Below, in pieces: positions 37,709 through 48,839 of a stretch of DNA of 64,000 bases. How positions within the stretch are numbered: the first letter of the stretch is position 1; each line of letters begins with the position of its first letter. Location of the stretch: contig CAWHXP010000003.1 in NCBI GenBank assembly GCA_963833425.1, forward strand, positions 1 to 64,000, read 5' to 3'. The stretch is from an uncultured Methanosarcinaceae archaeon. GTDB taxonomy: Archaea; Halobacteriota; Methanosarcinia; Methanosarcinales; Methanosarcinaceae. The notes under the pieces were generated by a model that was not told the origin of the DNA, made no database searches, and saw only the letters and a program-made list of their open reading frames with translations. Both the position numbers and the translations under genes were made by a program.

Positions 37709-39424
37709 ATGAAAGCGCTCATTATTGATGGCTATGTGGACGAACCTGCCTGCCTGGGGGTTCCTCCATACCTTTCCCCTTATCCGCGTTACATAGCAGG
37801 AGCTCTCAGAGAACGCGGGCTTTATGAAAAAGATATTCATTACTATACTATCGACACTCTGAGAGAAAATTCTCCTGGTATAGGGGAACTTATAAAAAGG
37901 GCAGAAATTTTGATTGTTATTGCAGGAATTACTGTGCCTGGGAAATACATTCGAGCTTCCCCTATAACTCTTGAAGAAATCGAGGCTATTTTCCGAGTTG
38001 CGTGTGGCATAAAAATACTCGGCGGTCCAATCAGATTAGGATTCAGCAAAGAAGGGGGAAAGGTTGCAAAAGGTGCTGAAGATTTGTTAAACCTTGAAAA
38101 CGTCTTAATTGCTCGAATAGACATAGAGGCTTTTGTTTATGATCTATTTGAAAGAGGATCTCTTGGAACAGGAATATTTCCTTCATATCTGAAAATTCCA
38201 GAAGTAATTGAGCACCGCTTAAGGACAACATCTGAAATAGGGCGTTGGGGGCCGAAAGGGGCTTTTTTGATCAGGCAGCATCCTGATTACCCTTATTGCA
38301 TGTGTGAGCTTGAAACCTACAGGGGCTGCTCCAGGAAAGTTCACTGCTCTTTCTGTACAGAACCCTTTTATGGTGCCCCTGATTACCGGGATGTGGAAGA
38401 GATTATCAATGAAGTATCAGCCCTTTATGCTCATGGAGCTAGTTACTTTCGAATAGGGAGGCAGTCGGATCTCTTTTCCTATCATGGGAGAGATAATGGA
38501 GGGCCTGTCCCAAAGCCTGAGCCTGATATAATTGAAAGGCTTTATATGGGGATCCGGAATTCTGCTCCTGACCTTTCAGTGCTACATATGGACAATGCGA
38601 ACCCTGGTACTCTTGCCACTTATCCACAGGAATCGGAGAAAATTCTTAAAACAATAATTAAATATCATACTTCAGGAGACGTGACTGCATTCGGGATGGA
38701 AAGTGCCGACCAGATGGTAATTGCAGCAAACTGTCTTAAGGCAAGCTCCGATGAAGTCCTTGAGGCAATTAAACTTGTGAATAAGTATGGAAAAGTTAGA
38801 GGGACAAATGGACTTCCAGAAATTCTTCCTGGCATCAATTTTGTGCATGGGTTAATGGAAGAATCTAAAAAAACTTTCCAATTTAATTATAATTTCCTTA
38901 AGAATGTGCTCGATTCTGGAATGCTCCTGCGCAGGATCAACATTCGCCAGGTTATGGCTTTTCCCGGAACGCCTATTTACGGTAAGATAAAAGCTGGAAG
39001 GAGAAACAAGAATCTCTTCATGGACTATAAGGAAAAGGTTCGAAAGACTATTGACCTTCCTATGTTGCGACGCGTTGTGCCAAATGGCACGGTGCTCAGA
39101 GACGTCATGTGTGAAGTGTATGAAAAGGGAGTTACCTTCGGGAGACAGCTTGGTTCGTACCCTTTATTGATAGGAATTCCTGCTCACCTGCCTTTACGGA
39201 AATTTATTGACGTTACAGTCACCGGGCATGGGATGCGCTCGATTACTGGTATTCCTTATCCTCTGTCTATAAACATGGCTTCTTTTTCCCTTGTAAAAGA
39301 ATTACCTGGAATTAGTAAGAAAGTTGCTGCTTCAGTTATTGCTGGAGTTCCTTATACTGATAGGGAAGATTTTCTCAAACGTTTAAAAGAAGGAGAAAAA
39401 TTGATAGAGTTCATTGAAATTTGA
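37709..39424 (+). CDS. Radical SAM protein with C-terminal TRAM-like and HhH regions (COG1031-like)
   Basis: IIDGYVDEPACLGVPPY, ETYRGCSRKVHCSFCTEP, LHMDNANP, RRINIRQV and FGRQLGSYP. Confidence 0.88.
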   Translation: MKALIIDGYVDEPACLGVPPYLSPYPRYIAGALRERGLYEKDIHYYTIDTLRENSPGIGELIKRAEILIVIAGITVPGKYIRASPITLEEIEAIFRVACGIKILGGPIRLGFSKEGGKVAKGAEDLLNLENVLIARIDIEAFVYDLFERGSLGTGIFPSYLKIPEVIEHRLRTTSEIGRWGPKGAFLIRQHPDYPYCMCELETYRGCSRKVHCSFCTEPFYGAPDYRDVEEIINEVSALYAHGASYFRIGRQSDLFSYHGRDNGGPVPKPEPDIIERLYMGIRNSAPDLSVLHMDNANPGTLATYPQESEKILKTIIKYHTSGDVTAFGMESADQMVIAANCLKASSDEVLEAIKLVNKYGKVRGTNGLPEILPGINFVHGLMEESKKTFQFNYNFLKNVLDSGMLLRRINIRQVMAFPGTPIYGKIKAGRRNKNLFMDYKEKVRKTIDLPMLRRVVPNGTVLRDVMCEVYEKGVTFGRQLGSYPLLIGIPAHLPLRKFIDVTVTGHGMRSITGIPYPLSINMASFSLVKELPGISKKVAASVIAGVPYTDREDFLKRLKEGEKLIEFIEI

Positions 39425-39940
39425 TTCTTGTGGTTTCTGATGTTTGTAATTTATTTGACCTTAAGGTCACTATCTTGTGAATTACAGCAAAGTAGATTAG
39501 AATCGATCCGATAAACCCAATCCATCCGACTTAGAAAAGGGCATTGGTATTTAACATGATATAATTAAACGATTATGAACTGTGTAACTTTGATTGATTA
39601 CAGTCAATTAAAGTGAAACTAATGATAATTTTTTGATCTCCTAGATGTTTAAAAGTCTAAAATATAAGGGGCATTAAAAAAATCAAAACACGCACATTAT
39701 AGATCCCACTTTCCGCAGCTATAAACTAAAATGCCATCTATTTTCTCAATATGGCAGTAATTTAAAAATTAATCTGACTTTCAATGAGTAATAGTGGGCA
39801 AATAGGTAAGCAAGTTGTAGAAAATTTCGATAAATCCCTAAATTTTGTCATATGCTTCTAAAGGGCATAAGATTCTTGAAACTCAGAGCATATCGAAATC
39901 CTCTTACATATGTGTGCAGCTGCAGAATGTCGGATAAGTA

Positions 39941-40546
39941 TTATAGAGGAATAATTTTCTCTCCGTACATCTCGTTTATTACCTGACCCATAGCAGCATA
40001 AATCGCTGAGAAGCCTACAATGATTCCCTCATAGCCGGCAATTTTGGTTATTGCTGGGTTGGCCAGGTATGCTCCTGCGGCAAGCATGAAGAATAGGATG
40101 GTCAACGACAGGAAAACAAACTGAAGAGCCCTTGTTGTTCTCAATGAGCCTATGAACATGTACAGTGTGAAGATTCCCCATAAGAACAGATATGCTGCAA
40201 AGTCTTTTGCTGTAAAAGCAAGTGCTGTAAAATTATCCCCTAACTTAGGCAGCAGAACAATTGCTACCAGAGTGAGCCAGAAGAGTCCATACGAGGTGAA
40301 AGCAGTAGCTCCAAAGGTGTTACCTTTTTTCCATTCCTCTATTCCAGCAATGACTTGGGCTAATCCACCGTAGAAGATACCCATCGAAAGAATTACTCCT
40401 CCCAAGGCATAGTATCCTGCATTATGCAGATTCAAAAGCACAGTAGTCATTCCGAAACCCATCAAACCCAGAGGAGCAGGGTTCGCAGATTTATCAGCTA
40501 TAGCCACATCACGGATGCTAGTAATATCTTGAATATTTCCAGTCAT
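39941..40546 (-). CDS. satP: Acetate uptake channel, GPR1/FUN34/YaaH (SatP/AceP) family
   Basis: Signature ANPAPLGLMGFG, YGGLAQ and GNTFGATAFTSYGLFW; about six transmembrane segments. Confidence 0.93.
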   Translation of the reverse strand: MTGNIQDITSIRDVAIADKSANPAPLGLMGFGMTTVLLNLHNAGYYALGGVILSMGIFYGGLAQVIAGIEEWKKGNTFGATAFTSYGLFWLTLVAIVLLPKLGDNFTALAFTAKDFAAYLFLWGIFTLYMFIGSLRTTRALQFVFLSLTILFFMLAAGAYLANPAITKIAGYEGIIVGFSAIYAAMGQVINEMYGEKIIPL

Positions 40547-40587
40547 AAATACAATCCTCCTTCCGTTAACCGGATATTTAGCCTATC

Positions 40588-40667
40588 TTCAATAATCCCT
40601 CTATTACCTTCTAATGATTATATAATGGTTTATTTTACATTTACTCCCCTATTTAAATTTGGTGAAA
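40588..40667 (-). promoter_or_regulatory. Putative BRE/TATA promoter and leader of satP, duplicated at 44171..44253
   Basis: The minus strand reads TTTCACCAAATTTAAATAGGGG about 100 bp upstream of the satP start. Confidence 0.6.
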
Positions 40668-40932
40668 TTATCTGAATTAATTATTATAGAGCTCATACCA
40701 AAACTCAGAATTACGTTCTTAAATCTGGAATTTAAAATAATCAATTGATCTTCTGATTAGGAAAATAATTCTGAAGCACTTATATGTGGAAATAAAATTG
40801 TTTAGTATGAGCTCATAATTTAAATATTAGTTGACATATTTTATAATTCAATTTGAAGTCAAAATCCTACAAAATAAGGGCCTCATACTCATTTAGAGAA
40901 TAGTATATATTAGTTTTAGTATAAATAGTCTA

Positions 40933-42033
40933 ATGGGAAAAGAGGAGCAAAATCAAAGTTCACTGATGTTTACTGTCCTAACCAAGATTGTAAATTTGAT
41001 AGTATTTCCGGGAAGGAAAATATCATATGCAATGACTTATGCCATTTCAGCAACAGAAGAATTCACGAATATATCTGCCGCGAATGCAGCAGAGTATTCA
41101 ATGATCAAACAGATACTTTCTTTGATGATCTTCGCAAAGATGAATCAATTATTCTGTTACCTTTAAAAAATGGCTTGAAATGAATGTCAATAGAAACCCT
41201 TGCTGATGTACTGGAAGTCAGACCGGCTAAAGTCAGTACTGGTTGTTTCGCGCAGCGAAACAATGTGAGAAGCTAAATGACGATTTGATGAAAGATCTAA
41301 ATATTTCCAAAGTTGAGATGGACTAATTGTGGGTAATACCCAAAAAAAAGTTACGCTAAGACCAGAAAAAGAGGATAAAGGAACCTTGATGTGGGTAAAC
41401 CTTGCACCTGAGTCAAGGCTAATAATCGAATTTATCTTAGAACGAAGAAAAAAATTTATGGTGGACGAATTGATAGAGGTAACAGATAAGCATCTTTCAG
41501 ACTCCCAACCTCTTTTTACCACAGATGGACTAAAATTCTATGCTGAAGCCTTTTTGAAAAAGTATGTAGAATGTATTGAGTTTCCTAGAACTAGAAAGAG
41601 AGGACGACCTAAAAAGTCAGCTTTAGTACCTGATAAAGACCTGAAATATGCTCAGGTTATCAAAAATAGACAAGGAAAAAGGCTCCAGAAAGTTGATAAA
41701 AGAGTTATCTTTGGTCAAAATATAATCAAAAGAAAATATCAACGAGTTTAATTGAAAGACAAAATCTAATTTTTAGACAGGGTAACAAAAGCGTCTCAAG
41801 AAAAATGATAGGATTTTTAAAGAAAATTAGGTGCCTTTACAATCAAATGAGACTCTACTGCACTCATTTTAACTTTTGTAGAAATCACACGGGATTGACT
41901 AAAGAAAAGGAAAATGGGCATATGGAAAAGAATACACCTGCAAAAAATCTGGAATCACTAAGAGTAAATTGGCATTAATGTAATTGCTAAATACAGGTGT
42001 ATCGAAATATCAACTAATTATTAATAGAGCACC
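40933..42033 (+). mobile_element. IS1-family transposase, decayed
   Basis: Joined frames read MGK.GAKSKFTDVYCPNQDCK...YICREC (Zn ribbon), LFTTDGLKFYAEA, KRGRPKK..LKYAQVIK and TSLIERQNL..HFNFCRNH, with many frameshifts. Confidence 0.8.
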
Positions 42034-42452
42034 AAAAATCATAACCGTAAAAAAATGTGATATCAAAACTATATTTGATTCTATGACAGGACAAGAATGC
42101 AATAAAGTTGATATCTATCTTAATTTTAAAATAATTAACTACCTGGTTTTTGAATCAACAGCATAAATTATCCCAACGTAAGTGGGTAAGTTTTGAGACA
42201 CTCTGGAAAAAATATTAATATTCTTGCAATAGATATAGATAAGACTTATCTATGAAAACCAATATTTATGGAACCTCTTTAAGGAGAATGCTAAACCAGA
42301 AGAAGAATTAACATAGATCTGTCTCCAGCTAAGGGCTGAAGTTCAAAAAGCAACACAAATAATTTAGCTGCCTTCTTTTAACTAAAAAAGAAACGAAAAA
42401 GAGTTAAGTTGATCTCTTCTTCGTTTCACTGGCACAGAAGTCTTGGAGACAT

Positions 42453-43727
42453 CTACTCTACTGGTTTCATCAGAACAAATGCCGAGACCATTCCAAGTAG
42501 TGCTAGAACAGCTACTATTAGGAAGAATGGCTGGTAAGCTCCAAGGAGATCTTTGGCCTGTGCTGATACTATGCCACCTATCACTGCCCCAATGCCGTAA
42601 GCTGTGTAGATAAGTCCGTAGTTCTTGGCGTAGTCCCTGGTTCCGAAATAGCTTGCTGTTGCAGTTGGTGCAATTGCCAGCCAGCCGCCAAGACAGCCCC
42701 AGAGAGTAATGAAGCCGATCATGTAGGCTGTTTGAGATGCATAATTCATGTATATTAACAAGCACGCAGCAATGATGAGCACATATGTTATCAACGCTGT
42801 GTTTCTTGGAGTCAGCTTATCTGTTAGGGTGCCGAATATTGGTCTGCCTAGGCCGTTAGCCAGAGCAAAGGGGAATATCAGGGTTGTAATCATTGCCGTT
42901 GCTGCAGGTACACTTAAGCCAGCGCCTTTCAGCATATCTTGACCGACAGGTCCTGAAATTCCGATTGCTGTAAGTCCAGCCAATGTTCCGACTGTATAGC
43001 ACAACCAAAGGCCGTAGAATGTCTTGGTCTTTACCATCTCAGCTCGAGTGAGGTTAACAACTGGTCCACAAGTTCCTGCTTTTGGTGTTGGTGGTGTCCA
43101 TCCCGCTGGACACCATCCTGCTGGCGGAAACGCTAGAAACATTGACAATACGACTGTAATGATGAAGAAAGCAATACCGAATGTCTTCAAGACAGTCATT
43201 ATTCCCATTCCGCTATCAAGCAAGAATTTATTTATCTGCGTGATTATCGCTGAAGAGAATCCAAAGCCTAATACAGTAAGCCCTACAGCAAGGCCACGTT
43301 TGTCAGGAAACCAAGCAGATGAGACTGCGATTCCACAACCATAAGCTATCCCTACCCCAATTCCACCAATGACACCATACAATGGAATTAGCATTAATGG
43401 AGATGTAGCAAAAGATGCTGCAAACCAGGCGATTCCAACAAGTATTCCTCCAACAATGGACACCTTCTTGGGCCCCACTTTCTGAATGTAAGGACCTGCT
43501 AGAGGCATAGCAAGAGAAAAGCATAATAGAAATACTATAAACGGCCAAGTCATGTCCATTGCTGTCGGATCTAAACCGAGAGACTTAAAGTAAGCTGTAA
43601 TTGGAACTCTCACAACGCCATATGCATAAATGGCACCCAGACAAAGCTGGATTGTTAGGCCCACCAACACCATGAGCCAACGCCCGGATGCTACGGGCAT
43701 GCCTAATATTTTGACATCATCTGCCAT
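42453..43727 (-). CDS. MFS transporter, oxalate:formate antiporter / monocarboxylate (OFA-MCT) type
   Basis: About 12 TM segments with RWLMV..QLCLGAIYAY, WFPDKRGLAVG, ANGLGRPIFGTLTD and YFGTRDYAKNYGLIYTAYG. The likely start is MADD at 43727 (GAAGGTG RBS). Confidence 0.88.
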   Translation of the reverse strand: MADDVKILGMPVASGRWLMVLVGLTIQLCLGAIYAYGVVRVPITAYFKSLGLDPTAMDMTWPFIVFLLCFSLAMPLAGPYIQKVGPKKVSIVGGILVGIAWFAASFATSPLMLIPLYGVIGGIGVGIAYGCGIAVSSAWFPDKRGLAVGLTVLGFGFSSAIITQINKFLLDSGMGIMTVLKTFGIAFFIITVVLSMFLAFPPAGWCPAGWTPPTPKAGTCGPVVNLTRAEMVKTKTFYGLWLCYTVGTLAGLTAIGISGPVGQDMLKGAGLSVPAATAMITTLIFPFALANGLGRPIFGTLTDKLTPRNTALITYVLIIAACLLIYMNYASQTAYMIGFITLWGCLGGWLAIAPTATASYFGTRDYAKNYGLIYTAYGIGAVIGGIVSAQAKDLLGAYQPFFLIVAVLALLGMVSAFVLMKPVE

Positions 43728-43817
43728 GATTTTAACACCTTCGAAAGGAAATAATTCCATTCTTATTCAATCCGGACAATAAATATTCCAGGACTTACGC
43801 AGTTGAGCTATAGATAA

Positions 43818-43853
43818 ATAACATTAAGCCTTGAGCAGATAACATTAAGCCTT
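43818..43853. repeat. 15-bp direct repeat with 21-bp period upstream of the MFS gene
   Basis: ATAACATTAAGCCTT at 43818-43832 and 43839-43853. Confidence 0.8.
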
Positions 43854-44170
43854 TGGCTATCTAAAATGTGAATTTAATTTACGATATTTCTTTTACTGAT
43901 TTGTGGCCAAGTGCGTAAGCCTATATTGATCTATACTTGTAACTGTTCAGCCTATCTGAATTAGTAATTGATACCGATTTTAGTGGAAATAAGTGCAAAT
44001 ATCAGTCAATAGAAGAAAAAAACAAACCAAAACCATCAATTTAAGAAAACCGATTAACGTGAATTTGCTTATTAAATTTTATTGGAGATAACAAATTTCT
44101 TTGTTTTACCCAGGCTGAAAAGTTGTCTATTTCTTGTCAACATCCTGTACTAATTTAGTTTCACTTTTCT

Positions 44171-44253
44171 TTCATCAATTCCTCCATTGCCTTCGAATGA
44201 CTATACCATGGTCCAATTCTATTCTGTTTCACCCCTATTTAAATTTGGCGAAA
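44171..44253 (-). promoter_or_regulatory. Second copy of the satP-type promoter/leader, facing the MFS gene
   Basis: 33/42 identity to 40588-40629 and 21/22 identity to 40646-40667. Confidence 0.6.
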
Positions 44254-44465
44254 ATTTATCAGTATTATTCATTATATTATTTAATTTATCATCATAAGCT
44301 TATTTTACGGCATGTAGTAAACTTAAGCTCTGCAATTAATCATAAAATGTAGCAAAAGGCATATTACCATCCGTAACCTTTAATAGTTGCAAATCCTTCT
44401 CATAGAAATCACTATCGGTGCCAATCTCTTTTAAATAGAATGCTAAACCAGAGAGGAGTGCTAAT

Positions 44466-45035
44466 ATGCTAAAGATCAACCCAAAAACATTTTGGAACAG
44501 CACACAGTGCATGCCGAAAGTATCAGCAACCGCTTATGTGGACGACTCAGCTGTACTGATAGGGGATGTAAGGATAGGGGAAAAGGTATATGTCGCACCT
44601 GTGGTCTCACTCAGAGCAGATGAGGCACACCCTATCATCATAGGCGACGAATGCAATATCCAGGATGGCGTAGTGTTTCACGGCCTTGAAGGTAGCTCTA
44701 TTGTGCTGGGAAAGCGAGTCTCAATAGCCCATGGCGCAGTAGTCCACGGCCCCATGAATATAGGTAATGATAGCTTTGTAGGTTTTAACGCAGTAGTGCA
44801 TGCATCTACCCTTGGTGAAAAATGCTTTATCGCTCATGGAGCCGTAGTTATTGGCGTCAAGCTTGCTGATGCCAAGTTTGTACCACCTGCTACTTTAGTA
44901 GATACGCAGGATAAGGCCGATGCACTTGGACAAATTCCAGATAACCTCAAACACTTTAATGAAGAAGTAGTCGAGGTAAACAAAGAGTTTGCTACAAGCT
45001 ACGGTTTAAAATCTAGGACATCCAGTGACCACTAA
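44466..45035 (+). CDS. Gamma-class carbonic anhydrase (CamH-like, no signal peptide)
   Basis: Left-handed beta-helix repeats, SLRADE, NIQDGVVFHG and SIAHGAVVHGP (three His ligands); GAGGAG RBS. Confidence 0.88.
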   Translation: MLKINPKTFWNSTQCMPKVSATAYVDDSAVLIGDVRIGEKVYVAPVVSLRADEAHPIIIGDECNIQDGVVFHGLEGSSIVLGKRVSIAHGAVVHGPMNIGNDSFVGFNAVVHASTLGEKCFIAHGAVVIGVKLADAKFVPPATLVDTQDKADALGQIPDNLKHFNEEVVEVNKEFATSYGLKSRTSSDH

Positions 45036-45042
45036 ATTACTT

Positions 45043-45060
45043 GCCTCCTTCTTAGGAGGC
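45043..45060 (+). terminator. Short hairpin after the carbonic anhydrase gene
   Basis: GCCTCCT-TCTT-AGGAGGC, 8 bp after the stop codon. Confidence 0.4.
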
Positions 45061-45540
45061 TAAAAGAAATAAAAACTAAATAACAGGTTTTTTATTTTGC
45101 CTACTGGACAGTATTAAGGATGATTTGTAGGTGCTTTCAGGAGGATAATGCCACAATGATACCAAATAGGGACAGTGCAGTTCTATATGGAAGGTTTTGG
45201 CACATTCACTCAAAATGCACTTTTTAGAGCCTTCGATAAATCCGGATAAAATTCATGGGAAATTAGCAAGCGTAAAGGAGATCAATATCCATTAAAGAGC
45301 CGCGATAACTCCGCCTATCATTACTTTTTCCGAATTCGATTTGTAAGAAATATGATTTATTCCTTAACATGGAATAAAAAGAATCTTAAAGGTTACTCGC
45401 AAAATAGGTAATTTCGAAGACGACTATAATTAATGGCAGTAAATAATATTTTTAATATAATATAAATATATAATATTAAAATTTCAAAATGCTTCTAAAA
45501 GCTTTACAATAAGTATTTATGAATAGGTGAAGAATTTTTG

Positions 45541-47088
45541 ATGATTAAGGCAAGAAGACCTCTTATGCTCATTATCCTCGATGGCTGGGGATACAGAGAA
45601 GATGAAGAAGGAAATGATATTCTGGCAGCTTTGACTCCAAATCTTGATATTCTGATGCAGGACTATCCCTGGTGTTTTTTAGAAGCTTCCGGAGAGGCTG
45701 TCGGCCTTCCAAAAGGTCAGATGGGAAACTCTGAAGTTGGGCATCTGAATATAGGGGCGGGAAGGATAGTGTACCAGGACCTTACCAGAATAAACCTCTC
45801 TATTAAAAATGGAGATTTTTTCAAAAATTTTGCTTTTCTGAATGCGATTTCAAATGTAAAGGCCAACGACTCAAGCCTTCACCTCATGGGACTGGTCTCC
45901 TACGGAGGTGTGCACAGTTATATGACACACATTTTTGCACTTATAAAACTTGCAAATGAAAATAAGCTAAATAAAGTTTATATACACGTTTTTTTGGATG
46001 GAAGAGATGTACCTCCTAAGTCCGCTCTGGGCGATATAAAGGAACTAAATATATTTTGTAAACATAATGGAGGTGCAAAAATAGCAACTGTCTCAGGGCG
46101 CTATTATGCGATGGACAGAGACAAGCGCTGGGATAGAACAAAAATTGCCTTTGATGCTCTGACAAATGGCGTTGCCCCTTATAAAGCTTCTAATGCAGAG
46201 ATTGCAATTTCAGAAGCCTATTTGAGGGGAGAGACTGATGAGTTTGTAAAACCAACTACAATCATTGATTCAGAAGGCAAGCCTGAAGCAATAATAAAAG
46301 ATAATGATTCAGTGATCTTCTTCAATTTTAGGCCAGATAGGGCGCGGCAACTTACCTGGGCTTTTGTAAAAGACAACTTTGAAGACTTTGTGAGAGAAAA
46401 ATGTCCGAAGGTTTACTATGTCTGTATGGCGCAGTATGATGAAAACCTGGATTTACCTATTGCCTTTCTTCCAGATAAGCCGAAAAATGTGCTTGGAGAA
46501 GTCATTAGTAAGAATGGACTAATTCAGCTCCGAATTGCTGAGACCGAGAAATATGCCCACGTAACTTTTTTCCTTAACGGAGGGCAGGAAAAATGCTATG
46601 AAGGAGAAGATCGTTGTCTTATTCCTTCTCCGAAGATCGCTACTTATGACCTAAAACCTGAAATGAGTGCTTATGAAGTTACAGATAAAGTTATCAGGGA
46701 AATTCAATCCAGAAAGTATGATGTTATTATCCTCAACTTCGCAAACATGGATATGATTGGGCATACCGGAATATGTGGAGCTGCAGAAAAGGCAATAGAA
46801 GCCGTGGATAGTTGTGTAGGCAGGATTGTAACGACTCTTTTAGAAAGGGGAGGCAGCGCACTTATAACAGCAGATCATGGAAATGTCGAACAGATGATAG
46901 ACACGGAAACAGGAGAACCACATACTGCACATACTTCAAATCCGGTAAGATGCATTTACGTAGGAAACGACAAGATAAAAGCTCTTAAGAATGGAAAACT
47001 ATGTGATCTCGCCCCTACTCTTCTGGAACTCCTCAACGTTGCGAAACCGCAGGATATGACAGGAACATCACTTATCTTGAGAGATTGA
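45541..47088 (+). CDS. gpmI: 2,3-bisphosphoglycerate-independent phosphoglycerate mutase (bacterial type)
   Basis: [43 protein letters not shown] and TADHGN. Confidence 0.96.
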   Translation: MIKARRPLMLIILDGWGYREDEEGNDILAALTPNLDILMQDYPWCFLEASGEAVGLPKGQMGNSEVGHLNIGAGRIVYQDLTRINLSIKNGDFFKNFAFLNAISNVKANDSSLHLMGLVSYGGVHSYMTHIFALIKLANENKLNKVYIHVFLDGRDVPPKSALGDIKELNIFCKHNGGAKIATVSGRYYAMDRDKRWDRTKIAFDALTNGVAPYKASNAEIAISEAYLRGETDEFVKPTTIIDSEGKPEAIIKDNDSVIFFNFRPDRARQLTWAFVKDNFEDFVREKCPKVYYVCMAQYDENLDLPIAFLPDKPKNVLGEVISKNGLIQLRIAETEKYAHVTFFLNGGQEKCYEGEDRCLIPSPKIATYDLKPEMSAYEVTDKVIREIQSRKYDVIILNFANMDMIGHTGICGAAEKAIEAVDSCVGRIVTTLLERGGSALITADHGNVEQMIDTETGEPHTAHTSNPVRCIYVGNDKIKALKNGKLCDLAPTLLELLNVAKPQDMTGTSLILRD

Positions 47089-48084
47089 TTCAGTATAGAG
47101 AAAAATAACCTGGAGCTTCAAGCATCGTAATTTTTCTTTTTAATTTTTATTTCAATATTACTTTTATCTGTTTTTTTAGTTTTATAGCTTTGTAATAAAG
47201 TTTACAGTTTATGAGGAATTTTTGGACATAAAATATCCGAAACTACTTTAACATAGTGAAATTAACTTATTTTGGAGATTTTCAATTCGTTTCCACTCAA
47301 AGCTATACTTTCTGCTAATTTTTACCTAACCACTTTGTTTTTCTATTTAGATCTAAATCAGACTTCCATCATTTTCTTTTTTTTCTTTTTTCTGGTTTTC
47401 TCCAACTTTGAAAACATAATGGAATTTCATCCAAATTTATCTAATCACTTTCTTATTTTTGAATAATTGGTATACTTAACTATTCGTTAAATGCTTCACC
47501 ATCTAGTTCGGATATCAGTAAAATTCTACCCATTTTTCATAAATTTTGCAGGAAATTAATTTTGAATAAATTATTTCCTTTCACAGTTTTCGTCTCAAGT
47601 TAGTTAAATAGAGGATAAAAATTTTTCAGTTTAAATTGCCCTGATATACATACGATCATGCTGTTTTAGGATATGATAAGAATAGAATAAACACTATTCA
47701 CCAATTTATCTGTTGAATTGTGTTTACCAAGTTATACCATGCTAATGTCTTTTTATACTCAGTGGATTTGATATTACTTGGAGTGAGTATTAACATCCAG
47801 TATTCAAAAATAAAGACAAAACACCTGTTTTTGACGATACCACTGATTTGTAAGTATTGCGGTTTCAGTAAGAATATTCTATCGACCATTATCCGTATAC
47901 ATATTTAAATTTTTTTGCGGTTTTAGGTTAATAACCACCAACCGAAAAAGAGTAAATTTCTAGGCCCCTTTTGTCTTTTCGATTTTTCAGCATTTTATGC
48001 GTAATGCAAAATTAAGATGGAAATTTTAACGTAAGTTTCTAGGTATTAGAAGAATCGGTTTAGTAACTCTAATTGTTAAAAGAA

Positions 48085-48400
48085 AGATTTTGCGAATTTT
48101 TCTTCGTGAGGTAAGCTTGTTTCATTGAGTTGAGTTGTTCCGATAGTATACCAATTTAGGGGTAAATTTTGCAACGGAAGAATCATAACAAGGATCAAAA
48201 GTGAGGAAGGAAATTCTAAAAGATTGTTCAGGCAGTAACAAGAAAGAAAAATAGCGAAGTTAAGATCATTTAGTTAACCGAAAGAAAAAATCAATTGGGT
48301 ATGAAAAAGGAATTATTGCTTTAGCAAGGAAAATTACCACAATTATATTGCATCAGATTGCGAATGAAAAGATATACGAAATTGAAAATCAGCATAAAGA
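48085..48400 (+). mobile_element. IS110-family transposase C-terminal remnant
   Basis: Reads NFSS*GKLVS..VVPIVYQ..GKFCNGRI..QGSK...RKKKSIGYEKGIIALARKITTIILH; ALARK is the IS110 C-terminal motif. Confidence 0.75.
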
Positions 48401-48839
48401 GAGAAAATCCAAACGAGAGTAATTGTTATGACTGTGTTCTTTTAGGTCGATAAACGTATAAAATAAATCATAAAATGATTGTAATTATGGGAAAAGAGAA
48501 CAAGGACTGTATCTGATGACGGTAAATAGTGAGCAAATATCAAACAAATTAGATATCTGTATACATTTGCAGAATATAAAATTTATTAACCATCTTTTTT
48601 CTCAGTAATTTATTTTTTCTCAAGTTTATTTTACGGATTTAATTAATATAATATCAAGGTGAATAAGTACCCTCAGTTTTAAATTTGCTCTTAAGCCTCA
48701 AGACTCCTTTTCAGGCTTTGAAGTCGGTTTTTAGGTTAGAGAAATTAGCCAAAAGTCTGAATTCATATGAATTAATTGGAACAAAGTTATTGTTAAAAAA
48801 AGTAAAAGGTCGGGAGAACCAAGTGGAAGGAGTTTATTT

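Noticed and set aside
47698..47908. Short ORFs, possibly an ISH3-like transposase C-terminus on the minus strand
   Set aside because: Only a weak WSIEYSY resemblance; too degraded to call.
48166..48179. Third IS6 end (TTTTGCAACGGAA)
   Set aside because: It lies within the IS110 remnant coding frame (KFCNGRI), lacks the terminal CC and has no partner.
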